Shown in pieces: positions 1 to 9,276 of a stretch of DNA of 64,000 nucleotides. The stretch spans positions 916 through 64,915 of the forward strand of contig CAZDOT010000003.1 in the NCBI GenBank assembly GCA_964507125.1. Reading direction: 5' to 3'. Within the stretch, counting starts at the first letter, position 1; each line of letters opens with the position of its first letter. The notes beneath the pieces were generated by a model, which saw only the letters and a list, made by a program, of their open reading frames with translations, had not been told where the DNA came from and searched no databases. A program made the translations under genes and the position numbers. This DNA is from an uncultured Chitinophagales bacterium. Lineage in GTDB: Bacteria; Bacteroidota; Bacteroidia; Chitinophagales; JADIYW01.

Positions 1-576
1 CAACTCAGATGGATATACCAACGTTAATGGTTCGTCTTTTTTTCCACGTCCCCAACGTAAATCATCTATAGAGGCGGCAAACCCAAATTGATATGTTTGC
101 ATTTTAGATGGCGAAGAATATTCCGCAGATAAATGTATCGGAAATGCTAAATAATCGGACTCAAATGCGAGTCCAATTCCACTTTTAATTTTCACATCCG
201 TTTTTTTCAATTGTCGTTCATAACCAATATCTGCATGAATTCGTTGATCAAGTATGGACGCCGACGAAACCCTAAAATCTATCTTATCCGTAGAGGCCGA
301 TGAAATAATATCTATTCCTGTATTTATAGAAAATGTATTGAGTGTTTTAAATTGATGTGCCACCTTTGCATCTATTACATAGACGGATAATTTTTCTGTA
401 CCAACACCGCCGGTAATGGCAGAATTATTACCATTTTGCCCATAATATGAAAAGGCAAAATCGATGTTTGTTTTAGATAATTTCTTTTTTTGAAATGTAG
501 TATCAGAAAAAGCAGACTTGGCTTTTATTATTTGCGTTAACGCCATTAATCCAAAAAGTATATATCGCTTTTTCAT
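1..576 (-). CDS. DUF3570-like outer-membrane beta-barrel protein, N-terminal 192 codons (gene continues past the left window edge)
   Basis: Hand translation of the reverse strand from the ATG at 574-576 gives MKKRYILFGLMALTQIIKAKSAFSD... (signal peptide), then barrel-like sequence open to position 1. It is absent from the ORF track because there is no stop in the window. It lies 5 nt downstream of the DUF4266-like gene. Confidence 0.65.
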   Translation of the reverse strand, partial: MKKRYILFGLMALTQIIKAKSAFSDTTFQKKKLSKTNIDFAFSYYGQNGNNSAITGGVGTEKLSVYVIDAKVAHQFKTLNTFSINTGIDIISSASTDKIDFRVSSASILDQRIHADIGYERQLKKTDVKIKSGIGLAFESDYLAFPIHLSAEYSSPSKMQTYQFGFAASIDDLRWGRGKKDEPLTLVYPSEL

Positions 577-581
577 ACTGT

Positions 582-800
582 TTAATTACAACCACAACTG
601 CCCGCATTGGCTGCACTTCCCGCAGGATAGGCACTTTCGCGAATATCTTGCACATGTTGCTCAAATTGCTTTCCTACATCGTTGCTCATTTGCATTTCTC
701 TATCATTCAAATATACACGCTGATAGGGTTTTACAACAGTACAACTTTCCATTAGAAAACATAGAAAAATTACTAGCACGAAATATTTAAACCAATGCAT
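582..800 (-). CDS. small exported lipoprotein-like protein, DUF4266-like, with C-terminal GSCGCN tail
   Basis: 72-aa ORF with an N-terminal hydrophobic signal followed by Cys (FLMESC) and a C-terminus ...AGSCGCN. It overlaps the apbE stop by 14 nt. The family call is from memory of the motif, not from a search. Confidence 0.6.
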   Translation of the reverse strand: MHWFKYFVLVIFLCFLMESCTVVKPYQRVYLNDREMQMSNDVGKQFEQHVQDIRESAYPAGSAANAGSCGCN

Positions 801-1716
801 TATTTAATTGAATGTGTTTAGATAAAAATACTTTATTTTCTGCATTAATAATAATTGCATGTGTATGTGGTAATTGATTAATAAAATGCAAACCAACATC
901 TGTTCCCATTACATACACTGCTGTTGCCAATGCATCGCAAAGTTCTGCACTACTATGAAAAATACTAACACTTTTTATCGTTGTTAATGGCAAACCTGTT
1001 TTGGGATGTATGGTATGCGAATACCGAATTCCATCTTTCATAAAATATTGTTCATAGTCGCCGGATGTTGCCACAGCACCTTCTATAATTGGAATAGAAA
1101 ACAATATTTCCGATTTATTATCCGGATTAGGAATACCTATTTTCCAATCTGTACCATCTGCACGTTTCCCAAATACCGATAAATCGCCACTCGCATTTAT
1201 GGCACCACTACATACATTTTTATCTTGCCATATTTTTCGAACACAATCTGCCGCATAGCCTTTTCCAATTGCGGCAAAACTGATTCTCATATTTTTCTTT
1301 GCTAGAAACACTTTGTTATTTTCTATTAATTGTAGATACTGAAAGCCTATTATTTTCAGCGTTTCTTGAATTATTTTTTGCGATGGAAAAGAAAAATCTT
1401 GCTGTTTAAAATTGTATAACTGTTTCAAAGGACTCACCGTCATATCAAATGCACCTTGCGTAATAGATGCAATATTTTGAGCTCGTTGTATCAAATGATA
1501 AACTTCTTCCGAAACTTCTACAGGTGCTATTCCGGCATGTTGGTTGATGGCCGTTGTAATGGAAGTATCCGAAAATTCTGTCAATAATAATTCAATTCGC
1601 TTTATTTCTTGGATAGCTGTTTGCAGTAATACATCGGCTTCTATATCATCGTGGTGCACTACTATAATTTCAAAGGCAGAGCCCATCAATCGCGTATGAA
1701 GACTATATTCTTTCAT
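787..1716 (-). CDS. apbE: FAD:protein FMN transferase (ApbE family)
   Basis: The 309-aa translation has typical ApbE core sequence (LMGSAFEI..., AIGKGYAAD, TSGDYEQYF, HTIHPKTG). It has no N-terminal signal peptide. Confidence 0.85.
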   Translation of the reverse strand: MKEYSLHTRLMGSAFEIIVVHHDDIEADVLLQTAIQEIKRIELLLTEFSDTSITTAINQHAGIAPVEVSEEVYHLIQRAQNIASITQGAFDMTVSPLKQLYNFKQQDFSFPSQKIIQETLKIIGFQYLQLIENNKVFLAKKNMRISFAAIGKGYAADCVRKIWQDKNVCSGAINASGDLSVFGKRADGTDWKIGIPNPDNKSEILFSIPIIEGAVATSGDYEQYFMKDGIRYSHTIHPKTGLPLTTIKSVSIFHSSAELCDALATAVYVMGTDVGLHFINQLPHTHAIIINAENKVFLSKHIQLNNALV

Positions 1717-2159
1717 TTATGATGTGCCTTAAGCTGTTGTTGAATTTTAGCAATAAATTGAGGTGTATTATCTTTCTTATATTCTATTGGAACAAATTCT
1801 TCATTTGAATAATACAACAAGATAGATGGAAAAATTCCTTCCGGATTATATAGCTCTGCTAATGTTTCATTTTGTTTTAATTGTTCCGGATTTATTTTTT
1901 TTCGTTGAGGAAAATCTGCATTATATAACAAAATATTTTCGGAAGCAAAATTTCGGAATGCAGTATCTTGCACAATTTGCTTATCAAATCGTATACAATT
2001 GACACACCAATCGGAACCGGAAAAATAAAGTAGAATAGGCTTTTGTTGCTCCTTTGCTTGAACACATAAACTATCAAAAGAGATTTCCTCTGCAACACCA
2101 ACCGTGCAACAGAAGAAATTGAAAATTAGAAAATAAATAAGATGATAAATGCGATTCAT
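1713..2159 (-). CDS. exported thioredoxin-fold protein with CxxC active site
   Basis: 148 aa with a signal peptide (MNRIYHLIYFLIFNFFCCTVGVA) and the motif FSGSDWCVNCIRF. It has a 4-nt ATGA overlap with apbE. Confidence 0.8.
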   Translation of the reverse strand: MNRIYHLIYFLIFNFFCCTVGVAEEISFDSLCVQAKEQQKPILLYFSGSDWCVNCIRFDKQIVQDTAFRNFASENILLYNADFPQRKKINPEQLKQNETLAELYNPEGIFPSILLYYSNEEFVPIEYKKDNTPQFIAKIQQQLKAHHK

Positions 2160-2257
2160 CTATCTTGGTTTTCAATAAAGATACATCACCTTTTAAATAA
2201 ATAGAAAATTTTCTGCTTGCTTTTAATAAAATAGGTTTAAAAACCAACTACATTAAT

Positions 2258-2284
2258 TACCACCACATTTCCATTTCTTACCAC
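2258..2284 (-). promoter_or_regulatory. distal inverted array of three MraZ-box-like hexamers (GTGGTA-N4-ATGGAA-N5-GTGGTA)
   Basis: The reverse complement of 2251-2290 reads AAATTGGTGGTAAGAAATGGAAATGTGGTGGTAATTAATG. The boxes are phased 10 and 11 bp apart and resemble the proximal operator boxes. Confidence 0.35.
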
Positions 2285-2430
2285 CAATTTATCTACAATC
2301 TACTTTTTTGTTTATAAGCACTTGTTGATAAAACAAGCTTGAAAACCATATAGTTAAGTATGAAATTCACACTCAATACACAGAAAAAAGAGAGATATGC
2401 ACATTTTTTGAGTTATTAACACATGTAATA

Positions 2431-2467
2431 GTGGTAAAAAATGGGACTAAATGGGAATTTATGGTAA
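2431..2467 (+). promoter_or_regulatory. MraZ operator: four direct (A/G)TGG(G/T)A boxes at exact 10-bp spacing
   Basis: The sequence reads GTGGTAAAAA ATGGGACTAA ATGGGAATTT ATGGTAATTT, immediately upstream of the mraZ promoter. It matches the TGGGN direct-repeat architecture known for E. coli MraZ autoregulation. Confidence 0.7.
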
Positions 2468-2476
2468 TTTTTCATT

Positions 2477-2484
2477 TATTTTTG
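2477..2484 (+). promoter_or_regulatory. Bacteroidota-type -7 promoter box TATTTTTG for the dcw operon
   Basis: Matches TAnnTTTG, 24 nt upstream of the mraZ ATG. Confidence 0.5.
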
Positions 2485-2508
2485 TCTTAGAAATTCAAAT
2501 ATCTAAGT

Positions 2509-2970
2509 ATGCTCTCCTTTACAGGTCAATATGAAGTAAAAGTAGACGGCAAAGGCCGCCTTCGTTTACCATCTGACTTGTTGCGACAAATTCCTACAGA
2601 AACCAACACACAATATGTCATCAATAAAGGATTAGACAATTGCTTACGATTGTATCCCATAACACAATGGAATGCCATTACGCAAGAGATGAATAAAAAC
2701 TTAAGTTGGTTTAAATCCGATGAGCGTATTTTCTTACGTTACTTCTATCAAGCAGCAGCACAAGTAGATTTAGATAGTAATGACCGAATTATTATTCCCA
2801 AAAGATTAACGGAAAGTGCAGGTATACAATCCGAAGTGGTCATCATTGCCTACGGTGATGTAATTGAGATTTGGAATAGCGAAAGCTATTACAACAATGT
2901 AGCTAAAGAGCCGGAAAATTTTGCACAAATGGCAGATGATATCTGGACCAAATTAGGTAACCAAAAATAG
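2509..2970 (+). CDS. mraZ: transcriptional regulator MraZ
   Basis: 153 aa starting MLSFTGQYEVKVDGKGRLRLPSDL, with a duplicated SpoVT/AbrB-like fold. It is the first gene of the dcw cluster. Confidence 0.95.
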   Translation: MLSFTGQYEVKVDGKGRLRLPSDLLRQIPTETNTQYVINKGLDNCLRLYPITQWNAITQEMNKNLSWFKSDERIFLRYFYQAAAQVDLDSNDRIIIPKRLTESAGIQSEVVIIAYGDVIEIWNSESYYNNVAKEPENFAQMADDIWTKLGNQK

Positions 2971-3000
2971 TTCTTTCATTTAAAAACATCAGCCAATAAC

Positions 3001-3897
3001 ATGTATCATATTCCGGTAATGCTGCACGAGTGTATAGATGGGTTACAAATAAAACCCAACGGAATTTATGTAGATGTAACGTTTGGTGGCGGTGGGCATT
3101 CCAAAGAAATCCTAAAACACTTAGGAGAAAATGGAAAATTATTTGCTTTTGATGTAGATGATGACGCAAAACGAAATGTACCGGATGATGCACGTTTTAC
3201 CTTAATCCAAGCAAACTACCGACATTTAAAACGTTTCTTAAAATTACATCACATCACACAGGTAGATGGCATTTTGGCTGATTTCGGAATTTCTTCACAT
3301 CAAATAGATGAGCCTTCACGTGGATTTGCCACTCGCTTTGATGCTGCTTTAGATATGCGTATGAATCGAAAAGAAGGCATCTCTGCAAAAGAAGTAGTGA
3401 ATGAATATACTGCCGAACAACTACAACATGTATTAGGATTTTATGGTGAAGTGATAAATGCCAAAACATTGGCAAATAAAATTGTAGAACAACGTGCATT
3501 AAAACCTATTGAAACTACCGCTGAGTTAGTAGATGTATGTAAAATGGTGGCAAAAGGCATTGAAGTAAAATATTTATCGCAAGTATTTCAAGCCATCCGC
3601 ATTGAAGTAAACGATGAATTAAATGCCATCAAAGAGTTTCTACAACAAAGCGAAGAAGTATTAATACCGAGCGGCAGATTAGTCATCATGAGTTATCACT
3701 CTTTAGAAGATAGGCTAACCAAAAACTATATGCGCAATGGTGTTTTTGAAGGCGAACCGGAAAAGGACATTTTTGGAAATTTTCAACATCATTTAAAAGT
3801 AATTACCAAAAAACCAATTGAAGCAAGCAGAGAAGAATTAAAAATAAACTCAAGAGCAAGAAGTGCCAAATTACGCATAGCAGAAAAAACAAAATAA
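3001..3897 (+). CDS. rsmH: 16S rRNA (cytosine1402-N4)-methyltransferase RsmH
   Basis: 298 aa with HIPVML, DVTFGGGGHS and SYHSLEDR motifs. Confidence 0.95.
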   Translation: MYHIPVMLHECIDGLQIKPNGIYVDVTFGGGGHSKEILKHLGENGKLFAFDVDDDAKRNVPDDARFTLIQANYRHLKRFLKLHHITQVDGILADFGISSHQIDEPSRGFATRFDAALDMRMNRKEGISAKEVVNEYTAEQLQHVLGFYGEVINAKTLANKIVEQRALKPIETTAELVDVCKMVAKGIEVKYLSQVFQAIRIEVNDELNAIKEFLQQSEEVLIPSGRLVIMSYHSLEDRLTKNYMRNGVFEGEPEKDIFGNFQHHLKVITKKPIEASREELKINSRARSAKLRIAEKTK

Positions 3898-3924
3898 AAA
3901 ACAACGGAGCAATACAATAAAAGA

Positions 3925-4308
3925 ATGCAAGAAGAAATAAGTACAGAACCAATCACAACGCCAAATCGCTGGCAACGCATGATAGAAGCCATCTTGCGGG
4001 TGTTTGGTATCGACGATTTTATTTCGTACGCACATGTCATGCATAATTTCTTTTTTGTGTTAGCCATTGTACTTATCGGAATCATCGAAATATTCAACAC
4101 ACATCTTGCCGTTCGACTCAACAGAAATATCAATAAAAAACAAAAAAATATTCAAGAATTAAGATGGGAATATATCAGTGTAAAAACTGAAATGAATTTA
4201 AAAAGCAAACAATCAGAATTACAAAAAATACTGGAACCACACGGAATAAAAGCATTACAAGAACCACCAAAAAAAATAGAAGTACCCAAAGATATCCTTG
4301 CAAAATAA
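3925..4308 (+). CDS. ftsL: FtsL-like cell division protein (single transmembrane segment plus coiled coil)
   Basis: 127 aa with one TM segment (FFFVLAIVLIGIIEIF). The call rests on its conserved position between rsmH and ftsI. Confidence 0.7.
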   Translation: MQEEISTEPITTPNRWQRMIEAILRVFGIDDFISYAHVMHNFFFVLAIVLIGIIEIFNTHLAVRLNRNINKKQKNIQELRWEYISVKTEMNLKSKQSELQKILEPHGIKALQEPPKKIEVPKDILAK

Positions 4309-4326
4309 ACAACTACCAACCAACCA

Positions 4327-6426
4327 ATGAATATAAAATCCAACATATTATTACGCATTTACCTAATTGGTGCAATCTGCACTTTATTTGGTATTGCAGT
4401 GTTGGGAAAAATTTACATTATACAAACAGAAGATAATGGAAAATGGAAAACATTGGCTGACAGCAGCAACATTAAAGAGTTTGACATAAAGGCAGAACGT
4501 GGTAACATTTACTCCGCAGATGATAAATTATTAGCTACGTCTGTTCCGTATTTTGTATTACATGTTGATTTCCGTTCAAAAGCCATGACGCAAGAAATCT
4601 TCCAACGCAATGTAGATTCTTTAGCCTATTACATGTGGAAACAATTTGGAAAACTTAGTGTAAAAGAATACCGTCAAAAATTAGTAAAAGCACGCAACAA
4701 GAGGCATCAATATTTTCCATTATGTGATAAAGCCGATTATGTTTTATTAAAACAAATCAAAAAATGGCCATTATTTAGAGAAGGAAAATACAAAGGTGGT
4801 TTAATAATAGAAATGCATCAAGAACGCAAAAATCCATACGGATATTTAGCGCAAAGAACCATCGGACTAATCCGAGAAAATGCACAAGATATCGGATTAG
4901 AAGAAGCGATGGATTCACTACTAAAAGGTGCTGAAGGTAGCATCATCAAACAAAAAATTGCCGGTGGCGAATGGATTCCGGTAAAATCATCCAAAGGAAA
5001 AGAACCTAAAAATGGATATGATATTATTTCTACTATCGACTTAGGCTTACAAGACATCACCGAATCTACTTTACTACAAGCGGTTACAGATTACCAAGCC
5101 GATTTTGGCTGCGCCATTTTAATGGAAGTAAAAACAGGTGCTATAAAAGCCATTGCCAATCTTGGAAAAAATGCGACATCTGCTTATACTGAGAATTTTA
5201 ATTATGCAATCGGATTATCCAATGAGCCGGGTTCTGTTTTTAAAGTAGCAGGTTATCTTGCCCTTTTTGATGATGGTTTTATCACAACCAAAGATTCTAT
5301 CAACACCAATGGTGCAAGAGCCACATTTGCAGGAAGAATATTAACCGATGATGGCCACAATTCTCAATATAATTTCTTGACACCCGGAAAAGCATTGGCT
5401 ATCTCGTCCAACGTAGCCATTGCAAAATGGATGGCGAAATATTACAGTGATAACAAACAAAAATTGTATAACAAATATGTACAATTTGGGTTAACTGCCA
5501 AAACCAACATCGACTTAAAAGGTGAACGCAAACCATTTATAAACAAATCGGAAAATTGGAGTGCCATGTCTATTCCTTGGATGGCACATGGTTATGAAGT
5601 AAAATTCACACCACTTCAAATACTTACTTTCTACAACGCCATTGCCAACAAAGGAATTCGTGTAAAACCTTATTTGGTGCAACGTATCGAAGACAACGGG
5701 ACCATCATTCGTGAGTACTCTACCAAAGGCACGGCACAAAAAATATGCAGCGAGCAAGCAGCAGAAATGGCAAAAGAAATTTTATTACGCGTAACGGAAG
5801 ATGAAAATGGTACAGCTCGCAAAATAAAATCGCCGTATTACAGAATTGCCGGCAAAACAGGTACCGCCAAAATGAGCGAAGGCAGTGCGGGTTACACCAA
5901 CAAAAACCTATCTACGTTTGTCGGCTTTTTTCCGGCTGACAATCCGTTATATTCTTGCATCGTTGTAATTGGTGGACCACAAGGTTTGTTCACCACAGGT
6001 GGTGTCGTATCTGCTCCTATTTTTAGAACAATGGCAGATAAAATTATTACCTCTAATATTCAATCCAATATTGCAATTAATAAAGACACATTAATACCGA
6101 ACAAACCAATTCCATTTATCAGCAGTACCGCGAATAATGTACAAGTATTAATGCAACGCTTCAAATTAAAATTTGATTTTAAAGAAGATTGGGAATATGC
6201 TCTTTTAAAAAGTGATAGCACAAATAAAAAAACAATTTCTAAAATAAATGAGCAAACAAATGTAGTTCCTAACGTACGCGGAATGTTATTGGATGATGCT
6301 GTAAGCTTATTAGAAAATGAAGGATTAAAAGTGATTTTCTCAGGAAAAGGAAAAGTGATGGCGCAATCAATTACACCGGGAAGTCAAATTACAAAAGGAA
6401 ATAGTATTCAATTATATCTGAATTAA
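4327..6426 (+). CDS. ftsI: penicillin-binding protein 3 / FtsI transpeptidase with C-terminal PASTA domain
   Basis: 699 aa with SVFK, SSN and KTGT active-site motifs and a PASTA-like C-terminus (VPNVRGMLLDDAVSLLENEGLKV). Confidence 0.92.
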   Translation: MNIKSNILLRIYLIGAICTLFGIAVLGKIYIIQTEDNGKWKTLADSSNIKEFDIKAERGNIYSADDKLLATSVPYFVLHVDFRSKAMTQEIFQRNVDSLAYYMWKQFGKLSVKEYRQKLVKARNKRHQYFPLCDKADYVLLKQIKKWPLFREGKYKGGLIIEMHQERKNPYGYLAQRTIGLIRENAQDIGLEEAMDSLLKGAEGSIIKQKIAGGEWIPVKSSKGKEPKNGYDIISTIDLGLQDITESTLLQAVTDYQADFGCAILMEVKTGAIKAIANLGKNATSAYTENFNYAIGLSNEPGSVFKVAGYLALFDDGFITTKDSINTNGARATFAGRILTDDGHNSQYNFLTPGKALAISSNVAIAKWMAKYYSDNKQKLYNKYVQFGLTAKTNIDLKGERKPFINKSENWSAMSIPWMAHGYEVKFTPLQILTFYNAIANKGIRVKPYLVQRIEDNGTIIREYSTKGTAQKICSEQAAEMAKEILLRVTEDENGTARKIKSPYYRIAGKTGTAKMSEGSAGYTNKNLSTFVGFFPADNPLYSCIVVIGGPQGLFTTGGVVSAPIFRTMADKIITSNIQSNIAINKDTLIPNKPIPFISSTANNVQVLMQRFKLKFDFKEDWEYALLKSDSTNKKTISKINEQTNVVPNVRGMLLDDAVSLLENEGLKVIFSGKGKVMAQSITPGSQITKGNSIQLYLN

Positions 6427-6454
6427 AATTCAAAAAAAATAGAATACAACAAAG

Positions 6455-7918
6455 ATGAAAACAGTAAAAGACATATTAACAAATGTGAACGCACTACAAG
6501 TTTTGGGCGACACTTCTATTTTAATAAATGCATTAAAATTAGATTCTCGTCGTGTACAACAAGGCGATGTGTATTTTGCTGTAAAAGGGACAACTGTAGA
6601 TGGACACACTTTTATACAAAGTGTAATAGAAAAAGGAGCTGCAGTTATTGTTTGCGAATATTTACCAACAGAAATTCCATCTAATGTTGTTTTTATTCTT
6701 GTAAAAGATGCTCGACAAACATCGGCACAAATGGCTTGTAATTTTTATGAGCATCCATCTAAAAAATTAAAATTAGTAGGCATTACCGGCACCAATGGAA
6801 AAACATCTATTGTTACATTATTGCATCAAATTTATGTACAACAAAACTATACAGTAGGCTTACTTTCTACAATTGTAAATAAAATTGACAATCAAGAAAT
6901 TCCATCTACACACACCACACCGGATCCCATTGCCATCAATGCCTTATTGCATCAAATGGTAGAAGCCGGATGCTCTCATGCGTTTATGGAAGTAAGCTCA
7001 CATGCTGCAGATCAAGATAGAATTTTTGGATTAGAATTTGCAGGTGCTGTGTTTACCAACATTACGCACGACCATCTTGATTACCACAAAACATTTCAAG
7101 AATATATTTACGCAAAAAAGAAATTCTTCGACCACTTACCTAATACAGCATTTGCGTTAACTAATATCGATGATAAACGTGGTGAAGTAATGTTACAAAA
7201 TACAGTAGCAAAAAAATACTCGTATGCCGTAAAAAGTTTAGCAGATTTCAAATTCAAGATATTAGAAAATACTTTTAGTGGATTAGTGGTACAATGCAAC
7301 GATGTAGAAGTGCACTTACAAATGACGGGAAGATTCAACGCGTACAATCTTTTAGCCATTTATGCTACTTGTACATTGTTAGGCATGCAACCGGAAACAG
7401 CGTTAAGTGCTATTTCTACTTTAAAAGGTGCAGAAGGAAGATTTGATGTATTAAAATCACCACACAAAATAATTGGTATTGTTGATTATGCACACACACC
7501 GGATGCACTTAAAAATGTGTTGGATACCATCAACGAAATACGCACGCACAACGAACAAGTAATAACGATTGTAGGCTGTGGTGGCAACCGCGATAAAGCA
7601 AAAAGACCGGACATGGCATTAATTGCCAGTGAGCTTTCAGATAAAGTAATCCTCACTTCCGATAATCCAAGAAATGAAAAGGCTGAAGACATCATTCAAG
7701 AAATGAAAGTGGGCGTACCACCGCACAACTTCAATAAAGTTATGTCCATCACCGACCGAAGAGAAGCCATTCGTGTAGCCTGCAATTTGGCAAACAGCAA
7801 AGACATCATTCTATTAGCCGGAAAAGGGCATGAAAAATACCAAGAAATCGATGGAGTGAAATACGATTTCGACGACAAGAAAATATTGGAAGAAACATTG
7901 AATGAATTAAACAAATAA
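6455..7918 (+). CDS. murE: UDP-N-acetylmuramoyl-tripeptide synthetase MurE
   Basis: 487 aa with the [11 protein letters not shown]-loop and a DNPR motif; position in the dcw cluster. Confidence 0.95.
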   Translation: MKTVKDILTNVNALQVLGDTSILINALKLDSRRVQQGDVYFAVKGTTVDGHTFIQSVIEKGAAVIVCEYLPTEIPSNVVFILVKDARQTSAQMACNFYEHPSKKLKLVGITGTNGKTSIVTLLHQIYVQQNYTVGLLSTIVNKIDNQEIPSTHTTPDPIAINALLHQMVEAGCSHAFMEVSSHAADQDRIFGLEFAGAVFTNITHDHLDYHKTFQEYIYAKKKFFDHLPNTAFALTNIDDKRGEVMLQNTVAKKYSYAVKSLADFKFKILENTFSGLVVQCNDVEVHLQMTGRFNAYNLLAIYATCTLLGMQPETALSAISTLKGAEGRFDVLKSPHKIIGIVDYAHTPDALKNVLDTINEIRTHNEQVITIVGCGGNRDKAKRPDMALIASELSDKVILTSDNPRNEKAEDIIQEMKVGVPPHNFNKVMSITDRREAIRVACNLANSKDIILLAGKGHEKYQEIDGVKYDFDDKKILEETLNELNK

Positions 7919-7935
7919 TCAGAAAAAATAGCAGT

Positions 7936-9237
7936 ATGTTATACTACTTATTCAAATATCTACAAGAAAATTTCGGACTAAGCGGCTCCGGATTATTCCA
8001 ATATATTTCTTTCCGCGCATCCATGGCAATTATTCTTTCACTCATCATCTCCATGTTGATTGGCAGAAGAATTATTCGTTGGTTGAGAAAGATGCAAATC
8101 GGAGAATCTGTTCGCGATTTAGGATTGCAAGGTCAAGTAGAAAAAAAAGGAACACCAACAATGGGCGGCGTTATCATCATTGCAGCCATCGTTATTCCAA
8201 CTTTATTATTTGCTCGTTTAGATAATGTATATGTAGTGTTATTGTTGATTTCAACTATTTGGATGGGCGGAATCGGATTCTTAGATGATTACATCAAAGT
8301 ATTTAAAAAAGATAAAGAAGGTTTGCGTGGAAAATTTAAAATCTTAGCACAAGTAGTATTAGGATTAGTTGTTGGCAGCGTATTATATTTCCATTCATCC
8401 GTAAAAGTACGCGATTACAATACAGTTTTTGAATATCAAATTAATGAAGAAAATAAAATAGATTGGAGCAAACCCATAAAAGAATATTCTGTTAGTAAAG
8501 CTATTTATGAAGGAGAAGGCGTGGTGAAAGGCGATCGTTTTTATTCGCACGAAACACGCACATTAAAAACCAATGTTCCATTCTTAAAAGATAATCTTTT
8601 AGATTATGCCTATTTACTAAAACCTTTTACCAATGATTATCAAAAATGGGGTTGGATAATTTTTATCCCATTTGTAATATTCGTAATTACGGCCGTTTCC
8701 AATGCCGCCAATCTCACTGATGGCATTGATGGTTTGGCAGCAGGTGTGTCTGTAATTGTATTGATTACATTGGCCATCTTCGCGTATGTTTCCGGTAATA
8801 TAAAATTCGCCGATTACTTAAATGTATTATACATTCCAAACACGGGTGAAGTAGTAATTGTTTGTGCAGCCTTAATTGGGGCAACTATCGGATTTTTATG
8901 GTACAATTCCTTTCCGGCTACCGTATTTATGGGCGACACAGGCAGTTTAATGTTAGGCGGTGTTATTGCTACTATTGCCATCATCGTGCGAAAAGAATTA
9001 TTGATTCCAGTTTTATGCGGCATCTTCTTCGTAGAAAATTTATCCGTGATGATGCAAGTTGCCTACTTCAAATACACAAAGAAAAAATATGGTGAAGGCA
9101 GACGCATTTTTAAAATGTCACCACTACATCATCATTATCAAAAATCCGGATACCACGAAGCAAAGATTGTATTACGTTTTTGGATTGTGAGCATACTATT
9201 AGCCGTTATCACCTTTGTAACTCTAAAAATCAGATAA
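7936..9237 (+). CDS. mraY: phospho-N-acetylmuramoyl-pentapeptide transferase MraY
   Basis: 433 aa polytopic protein with [13 protein letters not shown] and a soluble insertion between TM segments. Confidence 0.95.
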   Translation: MLYYLFKYLQENFGLSGSGLFQYISFRASMAIILSLIISMLIGRRIIRWLRKMQIGESVRDLGLQGQVEKKGTPTMGGVIIIAAIVIPTLLFARLDNVYVVLLLISTIWMGGIGFLDDYIKVFKKDKEGLRGKFKILAQVVLGLVVGSVLYFHSSVKVRDYNTVFEYQINEENKIDWSKPIKEYSVSKAIYEGEGVVKGDRFYSHETRTLKTNVPFLKDNLLDYAYLLKPFTNDYQKWGWIIFIPFVIFVITAVSNAANLTDGIDGLAAGVSVIVLITLAIFAYVSGNIKFADYLNVLYIPNTGEVVIVCAALIGATIGFLWYNSFPATVFMGDTGSLMLGGVIATIAIIVRKELLIPVLCGIFFVENLSVMMQVAYFKYTKKKYGEGRRIFKMSPLHHHYQKSGYHEAKIVLRFWIVSILLAVITFVTLKIR

Positions 9238-9276
9238 CAACAGAATAAAATTTTTGCAAGAGTAAGAAAGAAAAAA

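Noticed and set aside
518-790. 90-aa plus-strand ORF
   Set aside because: It overlaps the DUF4266-like and DUF3570-like genes on the opposite strand and has no supporting features.
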